A stretch of 64,000 bases of DNA from Octopus bimaculoides. Lineage: Eukaryota. The stretch's first letter is position 1; each line of letters begins with the position of its first letter. The notes below the pieces were generated by a model. It saw nothing but the letters and a program-made list of their open reading frames with translations. It was not told the origin of the DNA and did not search any database. The DNA lies in contig NC_068989.1 of assembly GCF_001194135.2 (NCBI RefSeq), positions 48,293,607 to 48,357,606 on the forward strand, read 5' to 3'. The position numbers were made by a program, and so were the translations under genes. Positions 40,001-49,381 of the stretch are shown here, piece by piece.

Positions 40001-43000
40001 NNNNNNNNNNNNNNNNNNNNNNNNNNNNNNNNNNNNNNNNNNNNNNNNNNNNNNNNNNNNNNNNNNNNNNNNNNNNNNNNNNNNNNNNNNNNNNNNNNNN
40101 NNNNNNNNNNNNNNNNNNNNNNNNNNNNNNNNNNNNNNNNNNNNNNNNNNNNNNNNNNNNNNNNNNNCTATATATATATATATATATATATCTATATATA
40201 TATATATATATATAGAGAGAGATATATATATACAAACATATATATATCTGTGTTTGTCCCCCTGCCAATTTGGTAGGTCTGGTGTTTTGTCACTTGCCAG
40301 AAATATTTCCATATCATCTATGTGTCTATTGTTTGAACTCTTAGTGCACAATATCAAATTTCTAGGTTTCTCTGTCATACATGTTGATCAGTATTATTAT
40401 TACTTATTACATTGGGATCGTTGGGAGGTTGGTGTTGCTGCCTGGGTAAACTGGTTGGGAGCACGTGGTTAGGGTTTCTTCATTGGAATGAATTGTTGGG
40501 GTGCTTAACTATGTTTGGAATGCTGGGGAGCTGGTTGTGCTGTCTGGATAAATCGGATGAGGATCCGTAGGCCGAGTTTCTTCATTGAGGGGTAAAGGGG
40601 ATCTCTTGGATGTTTCTAGTTGCTGGGGAGCAAAAATTACTCCTAACTCTAGGTTAGTTTCTTCTAATGTTTCTAATTGGTGAGTAGTCCTTGTTATTAG
40701 ATAGAGAATGGTTTACTTCTAAGCAATGGCTCAGTTTTATGTGTTTGTGTTCTTTTGGATGTTGATTGTTTGATTTAGGTGGACGTGTATTTATTTCTGT
40801 AGATGCATTTGTTCTGGATTTTTTTAGGAAGGGGTTATCTGAAGTGTTGTCTCTTTTAAATTGAGCTTCATAACTAAGGAAGAAATTAACACTGTTTTCC
40901 CATCATTGCAGGGAATTTATTTCTTCCGACTCACAGCTGTCTTTCCATAGTTTTATAACACTTTCCAAAACTTGTTCATCAGCATGTTTAGTGAGTTCGG
41001 TGAGCATTTCTTCATCAATCGTTTTATATTTTTGTTTATTATTCGATGCTCTGAGTTTGAGTATATAAAAAAATAAATGCACCCTTTTAAAGCCTAGCCA
41101 GGCTCATGGGCCCGGTTTCCCAGTTTGTATGGCGTATGTGTTCCCCATCTGGACGGGACACCAGTCCATTGCAGCATTACTCATTTTTGCCAGCTGAGTG
41201 GACTGAAGCAATGTGAAATGAAGTGTTTTGCTCAAGAACACAACGCATCGCCCAGTCCAGGAATCGAAACCACAATCTTACGATCATGATGCCAACACCC
41301 TAACCACTAAGCCACGTGCCTCCTACATTTTTCCTAGTGCTAATTTCTCCCCAAGTTTACTTTGCTGTTCGGGTTCTTGTGGGATTGGTTTAATTTGTAG
41401 TTTGCGTGGTAGAATTAAAGGTGTTGAGTTAATCCATTTTTCATATATTTCTGCTTTACTGTTATTTTTTATCATGTTCCAAAATTAAAATTTTCTAGCG
41501 TTAAGATTTTTTAACCAAATATGGCTAATGCGACTTTTAATTAAACATGCTGACATTGGTATATTTTCGTTATGGTTTAGGTATTTTGGTGATGAATCTT
41601 TTTCAAAGTTATTTGCGAAAAATGAATGCAGTGTTGTGCATAGCTCGTTCAAACTTTGACTAACTAATCGTAAAGTTGGAAATGGCTCAGAGATCCAGTG
41701 TAATATATGAACCATGTTCTGTTCTGGTTTAAACCCTTACTGTATATTCTGTCATATTTCATTTGACTTCATCTGATGCAAAATTATTTCACACAAACAC
41801 CCTCCACCTTGGTCAGATAAATAATGGCTCTGCTTGAGACTGAGTAGAACTATTATTTACCCAGTTAACTGTTGTAATAAGCATTACTGTAAATTGTTCC
41901 AGCGTTCTTTGATTACAGATATATCCATTTTATTTCTTGAAAGTGAAAACAAGAACATGCCAAAGAATGTAACAGTCAGTTGTCATTTCAGTGACTATGT
42001 GGGATGCTGTTTTATTAGTTCAACTAAATTTCCTAATTTTCTCTGTAAAATATTTCCCTATGATTGGTGTTATTTAATCCGGCCATATCCAGCCCAAATA
42101 TTCTACCTGTTTTATGTTAAAACTGACCAGATTTAACCTCTCACACCTTTCCTACAATGTCATTCTAAAAATATACAAGCACACCTTTGAGATCCTGAAG
42201 TTACTTGATAATGCATGATTAATTCAAAATAATTTGAATAAATAAACATTACATTTAACAAAGAAATCTGAACGCTAAAGAATTAAGGAAGTTTATACCA
42301 AACCTTTATCTATTTGTTAACAAATGCTATATCACAAATGTTTTCATTAGTTAAAAAATGTCTGGAGTTCTCTATTAACTTCTCAAATTTCTTTTAGTTT
42401 CCTAACACAAAGCTGAATAAGATATGATGTGACAACAAACCTTTTATCCAAAAACATAGTTTTCAGATGTTAAACTACTTTCTCTACAAACCGTTCCTTC
42501 TCTCAACAATTCAGTTTCTCACAATTTACAGTTATGGTAGATGAAGAAACAAGCTAATGGTTGTATTTTTATATCTACTGTGCTTCAGAGCTAAAAACCC
42601 ACTGCTTTGATGGAGAGAACTCTTTTAATATCCTCATTGCTGAAATGAATAATAAAGATTCTTCTAAAAGTAAGTGTTATTGAAAAATTTTCTTAAATAT
42701 TTTTTGCATCTTCTGTTGCAGAATCCAGTTTTTTTTTGGTTTTTTTTTTACATATAAACCATAAGTGTCTAGCAATGGCATTTAATGCTGGTTTCTTATT
42801 GTCCCAACAAATATTATAGGTGATGCTCCTCATTACAAATGGGTTTTCACTGAAGATTTAGCATGGATAGTCATTTCTTCAAACAAGAGCAATACATACT
42901 AAGCCCACCAAATATTGATGTTGAGAAATTCTGCTGTTTAAACAAAAATATTAGGAGGTACTCCTGTATTCAGACAATAGGAAATGCTCTTCTATCCAGA

Positions 43001-44122
43001 CAGTGTCAATAGAAGGTACTCCTGTATTTAAACAGAGATATTAGGAGATACTCTTCTACCCAGACAGGAACAGTAGGAGATATTCTTCTGTTCAAACAAA
43101 GATAATTGGAGATACTCCTGGCTGAGCTGATAAATATACACCTTAGTTCAGACTGTGACAATGGGTGATGGTCAATTATTTAGGATAATACAATAGGGGA
43201 GATGTATCAAGACAATAGGAGATGCCTCTGTGTTGAGAAAGAGAGGCGCATGGCTTAGTGGTTAGGGTTTTAGACTCATGATCGAAAAATTGTGGTTTCA
43301 ATTCCTGGACCAAGCAACATGTTGTGTTGTTGCTCCAGTCCACTAAGCTGGCAAAAATAAGTAATCCTGTAACAGACCAGCGTTCCATCCATGTGAGGAA
43401 TATATACTCATGTAACCAGGAAACCAGCCCTTATGAGCCAGTATGACACGAGAAGGTAACTTTACCTTACTTTTTTACCCTTCTGTTCATTTCAATAGTT
43501 TATAGGTTTATAGGTATCATTTCATGAGTAATCATCCCTCTAACCATTCGGTAGGTCTGGTGTTTTGTCACTTGCCAGAAATATTTCCATATCATCTATG
43601 TGTCTATTGTTTGAAGTCTTAGTATACAATATCAAATTTCTAGGTTTCTCTCTCATACATATTGATCAAGGCCAAAATACTTAAAGCTACTCTCTACCCT
43701 ACACCTTACTCCCTTTATTTTTGCCATCTTTCATTTTTTTATTTGTTTCGGTCATTATACTGTGGCCATGCTGGGGCACCACTTTGAAGAATCTTTAGAT
43801 GAATGAATCGATACTAGTACTTTTTTTTTAAGCCTGGTATTTATTCTGTCATTCTCCTTTGCTGAACTGCCAAGTTCTTGGGACATAAACAAACCATCAC
43901 CAGTTGTCAAACAGTGATGGGAGGCAAACACAGGCACAAAGATACATACATAGATATATGTATGGTACAGGCATGGCTGTGTGGTAAGAAGCTTGCTTCC
44001 CAACTACATGGTTCCAGGTTCAGTCTCACTGTGTGGAACCTTGAGAAAGTGTCTTCTATTATAGCCTCAGGTCAACCAAAGCCTTGTGAGTGGATTTGGT
44101 AGATGGAAACTGAAAGCCCATC

Positions 44123-44188
<66 letters not shown>

Positions 44189-46868
44189 TGAGTCGTCTAA
44201 GGGACCATAAGTTAGGGAGAAGATGCACTCATATAACTGTTAGTAGAGTAGGTATATTATCTGAATTCTATACTGGAGGATCCTAGAAAGATACAAGCTG
44301 TATTTCAATAGTAGCAAGAATTGCAGATTATGCCTGGCTGAGAAGAGAACGATTTTAAAAGGTACCCAACGCCCAGATGTTTACCAGAATAGCAGGAGTG
44401 AAGTGTTTACTCCTTGTCCGCATGAAAGAAAGTACATTTATCATGCCTGTGCAACCCACCATGACTGCAACCACAGGTCCCCTGCCTTGACCTTCTGCAA
44501 ATGACCAATACCCTATATATATATATGTATGTATGAATGTACAACCTTAACTAACACAGAAAGAAAACACTTTAGCAAACACAGCAATGGATGCCTACAA
44601 CCCCTGTAAAAAGTTATACGTACAGTACCACCATACATATCCCATTTCCACATGAACACCAACCTGAAAGATGCACACAATTCCCACAAATACTTCAGGA
44701 TAGCTCTTACCGACTTATAGCATAAGCAACCCAGTGGCAACGTCTCGGTACCAAGGGACATAATTCTTAATTATATCCCCTACCCAGTTCATTTCATCTT
44801 TTCACAGCAACCACAAAATATTCTTGTTAATAACTTTGATGTCTCGTTTACAGATGACAACAACATTCCATTGGTTGGCTATCTCCTCTACAACTATCAC
44901 TTCTGTGTATTTGACTCCAAGAGTTTACGAATCACTGATGTCTATGTCTCTGAAGTCACAGAACATAAAGAAAACATCTTGAGAGATCTTGTTGGCCATT
45001 TAGTCAAGGTATTGTTTGTAAGTACATACATACTTATGTGCTTACATTCTCTTTCTCTTTTTAATTTAGAATGAATTTTCATCGCCCACCAAGGTTGTGA
45101 AGGAAAGCATCTTGTTTTGTTCATCATTCTTTAATTCAGAAGTTCTTTCAGATTTTTATAGTCCCAGATATTGTAATCATTTGTAGCATATAGATTAAGG
45201 ATTTGTGTTCTCTCCCCAAGAACCAAGTTCAAATTTACTTTGCTCCAGATGGGTTTATATGTATCCTGTTGTTCCAATAATAATAGATATGAAACTGAAA
45301 GTGTATCTTTGATACTGAATTTGTGAACTTTTTATCAATGGTCCATAAATGTCCTCTTTCTCTTGCCTTGTATTTTTCTAACCACACTGATGTCCAGAGG
45401 GCAGCTGATTTTCATAACAGAACATATATTGGATCTTGTTCAAAACGGGGGCACCAGTATTTTCTTAACGAAACACTTTGAAACTTGGGACACTGGTAGA
45501 ATGTGTCATATAAAACATCTTTTTCTCTTAGTCTTCTTAACAAAAAAACGTACATTGCAAGTTATTTCATGTTAAAGTTGTCGTATTTCTGTAATTTCAA
45601 CCAATGACTGACGTCCATTCAGCCGAATACATTAAGTGCTGACTACGTAAACAAACGATTCTCAAACGATTCTGGCGGTGATAAAATTATTATTTCCTTG
45701 TCAAAAAATGGCTGAAGCATATTGGCAGTAGCNNNNNNNNNNNNNNNNNNNNNNNNNNNNNNNNNNNNNNNNNNNNNNNNNNNNNNNNNNNNNNNNNNNN
45801 NNNNNNNNNNNNNNNNNNNNNNNCCATTTAAACTGCCAAAGGAGTAAGTATAAACAGCTGAATACTTGTCAGTGATTGGTTGAAATTATCGAAATAAGAC
45901 AATTTTTTACATGAAATAAATTCGAATACAAAAATTTTTTTCTGTTCTATAACACAAAATAGATAAGTATACGAAGTTTGAAAGTCTTTCGGTACCAAAA
46001 ACACTACATAAAACATTAATGAAAACTGGTGCCCCCGTTTTGAACAAGATCCCATATATTTTCCTCGTAGTCCCACACAACAATATCTCGCCAGTTTTAC
46101 TTGATGTTTTAATTTTTAAGTTCCACCAATATTCTTTTAACCCACCAGTCTCAATAGAAACAACTACAACTTAGTCTGTAGGCGTTTTCTTTATTGTTAT
46201 CCTGTTACTGACTGTTCTAGCTACTGCATCATACCCCATGGAAAGATAATATCTGGAAGACAGTCTCTTGCAGTCAGCAATGATGTGATTGGTGTCTTCA
46301 GTCTTGGTCTTGCACAATATGCATTTTTGTTTTTCTGTCAGTGTTTTCTGTCTTTTATACTTGGTGGGGATCTCTTCTTCTTGAATTGCATGAGTGTAGC
46401 CTTCAAAATGGGATATCATAAACTTGTTGCTACTCTATGCTAAGCTTTTGACATAATCAGTTCCTTCTATGTTTTGTTTTTTCTGCTAAATACCCATGTA
46501 TTATCTTCTCAGTGAACTGGTTCATTTCATTTTATTTTTCTCTTCTGATAAATAGATTTTATCAATACTCTTTGGAGAGAGACCTGCTTCATACCACTCC
46601 TCAAATTCACTAGCAAACTATTAAAAAATGTTTCTATTCCATACTTTCATTGTGTACAACTCACCAGTATAATCTCAAGTAGATATATTTCTATATTCAG
46701 ATGTCTGTACAGGAAGAGTGTGACCACATAAGATGGACTGTAGGGAACAACAACTATCTTGAAAACATTACCAAATATTTTGAAGCATTTAATATGTCAA
46801 AGGATGATGGTTGGTTCTTTTTCAAACTTGGAAAATCTCAAGTGGATGTAATTAACAAAGGAAGTTAA
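31934..46868 (+). CDS. SAT1/SAT2-like: Divergent diamine/spermidine-spermine N1-acetyltransferase-like (GNAT) gene, copy 1; join(31934..32005,37131..37176,42589..42669,44854..45008,46701..46868); 522 nt, 173 aa
   Basis: Five exons with GT-AG introns join in frame to MALLLHKIRHATVSDCEDIVRLLQEQEQTGKKRKPLSVDELKTHCFDGENSFNILIAEMNNKDSSKNDNNIPLVGYLLYNYHFCVFDSKSLRITDVYVSEVTEHKENILRDLVGHLVKMSVQEECDHIRWTVGNNNYLENITKYFEAFNMSKDDGWFFFKLGKSQVDVINKGS*. It is colinear with human SAT1 as recalled (IRPATAADCSDILRLIKE...CLVAE...IVGFAMY...LEDFFV...EEGWRLFKI; 171 aa), with intron phases 0,1,1,0 at equivalent positions. Confidence 0.9.
32426..33009. mobile_element. Unclassified MITE, GGATC termini, 8-bp TSD (intron 1 of SAT-like copy 1)
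   Basis: About 36-bp TIRs ggatcttttttaaaacgggggccacatttttcattaa; perfect TSD aaatattt. Confidence 0.85.
32677..32700 (+). repeat. Short interstitial (TTAGGG)n tract
   Basis: tagggttagggttagggttagggt. Confidence 0.9.
33830..34618 (+). mobile_element. Mariner transposase remnant
   Basis: GKVQKLTAWVPHTLSE, CIVTGNGKWFLY, MLCVW.D...IHYELL, SPDSAPSNFHLF; right TIR followed by TA. Confidence 0.85.
36285..36520 (+). mobile_element. RTE-type LINE 3' end or RTE-tailed SINE
   Basis: aggaagggcatccagctgtagaaac...aacccatgctagcatggaa..cggacgttaaacg followed by a (GAT)n tail. Confidence 0.6.
37131..37176 (+). CDS. SAT-like copy 1, coding exon 2 (EQEQTGKKRKPLSVD, phase 0 to 1)
   Basis: ttttttcttgttaatacaag|GAACAAG...GTTGATG|gtaagt; 46 nt; clear paralogue at 63868-63913. 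Confidence 0.9.
37190..37412 (+). mobile_element. piggyBac-like MITE family copy, 14 bp downstream of the exon 2 donor
   Basis: Colinear with 48585-48805; ends ctaaaggtttaa. Confidence 0.65.
37561..38653. mobile_element. hAT (Charlie-type) MITE with a nested minus-strand SINE (about 37672-37946) and an N-gap
   Basis: TIRs cagtggttcccagcct / agttgggaaccactg; TSD atctagtt/atgtaatt (6 of 8). Confidence 0.7.
40272..41760 (-). mobile_element. Penelope-like element N-terminal remnant, interrupted by a SINE
   Basis: Minus-strand peptide IYEKWINSTPLILPRKLQIKPI resembles PLE N-termini; terminal 119 bp repeated at 43550-43668. Confidence 0.45.
41086..41323 (-). mobile_element. SINE family C (tRNA head, CORE-like and V-like blocks)
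   Basis: Reverse complement begins ggaggcacgtggcttagtggttagggtg; contains cagtccactcagctggcaaaaatgagtaat. Confidence 0.85.
42589..42669 (+). CDS. SAT-like copy 1, coding exon 3 ([E]LKTHCFDGENSFNILIAEMNNKDSSK, phase 1 to 1)
   Basis: gtgcttcag|AGCTAAAA...TCTAAAA|gtaagt; 81 nt; aligns to SAT1 DLLEDGFGEHPFYHCLVAE. Confidence 0.88.
43243..43470 (+). mobile_element. SINE family C
   Basis: gaggcgcatggcttagtggttagggt...cagtccactaagctggcaaaaataagtaat...cccttatgagcca. Confidence 0.85.
44854..45008 (+). CDS. SAT-like copy 1, coding exon 4 ([N]DNNIPLVGYLLYNYHFCVFDSKSLRITDVYVSEVTEHKENILRDLVGHLVK)
   Basis: tctcgtttacag|ATGACAAC...GTCAAG|gtattg; 155 nt; overlaps track ORF 44871..45074; aligns to SAT1 [26 protein letters not shown]...LKNLSQ. 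Confidence 0.9.
45431..46052. mobile_element. GGATC-terminal MITE, second full copy (intron 4 of SAT-like copy 1)
   Basis: TIRs ggatcttgttcaaaacgggggcaccag / ctggtgcccccgttttgaacaagatcc; perfect TSD catatatt; internal sequence colinear with 32426-33009. Confidence 0.85.
46075..46560 (-). mobile_element. R4/Dong-type LINE C-terminal (CCHC) fragment
   Basis: Track ORF: AIQEEEIPTKY...CILCKTKTEDTNHIIADCKRLSSRYYLSMGYDAVAR. Confidence 0.7.
46701..46868 (+). CDS. SAT-like copy 1, last coding exon (MSVQEECDHIRWTV...DDGWFFFKLGKSQVDVINKGS*)
   Basis: tttctatattcag|ATGTCTGTA...AGTTAA; 168 nt; aligns to SAT1 VAMRCRCSSMHFLV...SSEEGWRLFKIDK. Confidence 0.9.
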   Translation: MSVQEECDHIRWTVGNNNYLENITKYFEAFNMSKDDGWFFFKLGKSQVDVINKGS

Positions 46869-47616
46869 TTTAATAGTGATAACCAATTTTATCTTCNNNN
46901 NNNNNNNNNNNNNNNNNNNNNNNNNNNNNNNNNNNNNNNNNNNNNNNNNNNNNNNNNNNNNNNNNNNNNNNNNNNNNNNNNNNNNNNNNNNNNNNNNNNN
47001 NNNNNNNNNNNNNNNNNNNNNNNNNNNNNNNNNNNNNNNNNNNNNNNNNNNNNNNNNNNNNNNNNNNNNNNNNNNNNNNNNNNNNNNNNNNNNNNNNNNN
47101 NNNNNNNNNNNNNNNNNNNNNNNNNNNNNNNNNNNNNNNNNNNNNNNNNNNNNNNNNNNNNNNNNNNNNNNNNNNNNNNNNNNNNNNNNNNNNNNNNNNN
47201 NNNNNNNNNNNNNNNNNNNNNNNNNNNNNNNNNNNNNNNNNNNNNNNNNNNNNNNNNNNNNNNNNNNNNNNNNNNNNNNNNNNNNNNNNNNNNNNNNNNN
47301 NNNNNNNNNNNNNNNNNNNNNNNNNNNNNNNNNNNNNNNNNNNNNNNNNNNNNNNNNNNNNNNNNNNNNNNNNNNNNNNNNNNNNNNNNNNNNNNNNNNN
47401 NNNNNNNNNNNNNNNNNNNNNNNNNNNNNNNNNNNNNNNNNNNNNNNNNNNNNNNNNNNNNNNNNNNNNNNNNNNNNNNNNNNNNNNNNNNNNNNNNNNN
47501 NNNNNNNNNNNNNNNNNNNNNNNNNNNNNNNNNNNNNNNNNNNNNNNNNNNNNNNNNNNNNNNNNNNNNNNNNNNNNNNNNNNNNNNNNNNNNNNNNNNN
47601 NNNNNNNNNNNNNNNA

Positions 47617-47837
47617 TATAATCAATAAGTTCCTTTAATTCCTACATATGTTTCAAAATTTATGTGCACTTTACTCCAAAAGACATGCGCTAAATGCATT
47701 TAGCGCATGTCTTGCTTTTGTAAGTTGGTTCCCTGATGATGAATTTATGTGCATTTCCAGCACCTCTTACTTCTTTGGAGTAGAGTGCACATAAATTCTG
47801 AAACATATGTAGGAATTAAAGGAACTTATTGATTATA
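47617..47837. repeat. Inverted repeat (64-bp arms 47617-47680 / 47774-47837) plus 34-bp perfect palindrome 47680-47713
   Basis: Arms differ at 2 positions; palindrome AAGACATGCGCTAAATG|CATTTAGCGCATGTCTT. Confidence 0.9.
47725..47819 (+). ncRNA. Type I minimal hammerhead ribozyme candidate (Penelope-type)
   Basis: Stem I TTGGTTCC(47725-32)/GGAATTAA(47812-19); CTGATGA 47733-39; long stem II GAATTTATGTGCA/TGCACATAAATTC; GAAA 47800-03; short stem III in palindrome ACATATGT; GTA cleavage triplet (cut after 47811). A U-U pair closes stem II. Confidence 0.65.
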
Positions 47838-48584
47838 CGCGTTTTGCTCCATTTATTATTATTCTTCATATCTACTCAAAATACATCATTTTAACATGGA
47901 ATTTCTACCCAGTTTTTGTGTGATTTTTGCTACCTTGGTAACTATTAACATATTTATGGATATATATTTATATATATATTCACACACACATGCAAACACC
48001 TGACAAACTCTTATTGAAGATGATTTATGAGTGTTCAGCTTTTGTCAAATGACCTGCACAAACGATTTGTGCTGTACATTAGCTAACTCTCTACATCAAA
48101 TCAACATTTCCTGAACAGGTGCATGGTGTACCACACCTCAAGAGTCAAAGTGATCACAGAGCAACATGAGAAGAAATGTTTCACTCAAGAACACAATGTA
48201 CTACCCAGTCTAGAAATTGAAACCATGATCTCATGATCATGAGCGCAACACCCTAGCCACTAAACCATGCACACTCACTACATACATAATTATTAATAGA
48301 TAGACAAACAGATAGATATGCATATATTCATATTTATATATACTAACTTGTCCATTCGATGTGGGTGCAAACATTTTTTGGAGAGAAATGAAGTGGGACA
48401 TTGGACAAAAATAGTTATCAAACACTGTTCTAAATTGTGAGATAAAACCTCAGCAATCAGCTTTGCCTTGTTCTGAGTTAATTATTAAGAATATCAGTAA
48501 TGTATATTAACATCATAATAATAATAAAGAGTACCAGTATGGTATAGTAATATATAACAATAATACAGAGTAATGTTAGTTTAA

Positions 48585-48805
48585 CCCTTTAGCATTTAAA
48601 CCGGCCATATCCGGCCAAAAGTATTCTGCTTGTTTTATGTTCAAACTGGCCAAATCTGGTCTCTCACACCAACCCTACAATATCGTTTTAAAAATTAACA
48701 GCTACCTCATCAAAATCTCATAGCTACAAGATAATGCATGATTAGTTCAAAACAATGTGGATGAAAAAGCATTAATTTTGGCAGAATAATGCAAACACTA
48801 AAGGG
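48585..48805. mobile_element. piggyBac-like MITE
   Basis: TTAA-ccctttag...ctaaaggg-TTAA; relatives at about 37190 and about 42078-42285. Confidence 0.8.
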
Positions 48806-49381
48806 TTAATCAATTATTCATATTTCTTATAAACACTTTGTCCTCGTTTCTTCTTAAAACAAAGCTTCATTGGCACTGTGATAACAGTGTTTTGTCCTAT
48901 ATTCCTGATAAGAACATTTGTCAATTAATTTCAGAACATTGTTTTGTTTCAATAGGAAAATTCTAGAAAAGCTCAATTATTATGAAGAGTAATCAGCCTA
49001 AGATTTGGGCTCAGTTTTTCATTCGCTAGTAGTGAGGTTGATAAGAAATGCAGTATTGAAATTCAAGTAACTCAAAGTAATTCAAAGCCTCAGGCCGACC
49101 AAAGCTCTATGAGTGGATTTGGTAGTCGGAAACAGAAAGAAGCTTGTTGTATATATATCTGTGTGTATATGTTTGTGTGTCTGTGTTTGTCCTCCCCCAC
49201 TATTTCTTGACAACTGATGTTGGTGTGTTTACATTCCCATAACTTAATGGTTCAGCAAGTTACGTCCCCATAACTTAGTGCTTTGGCAAAAGTGACCACA
49301 GTCAGATGACTGAAACAAGTAAAAGAATATATTTTGACATAATCAGTCAAACGAATAAAAGAATATATATATATACATATA

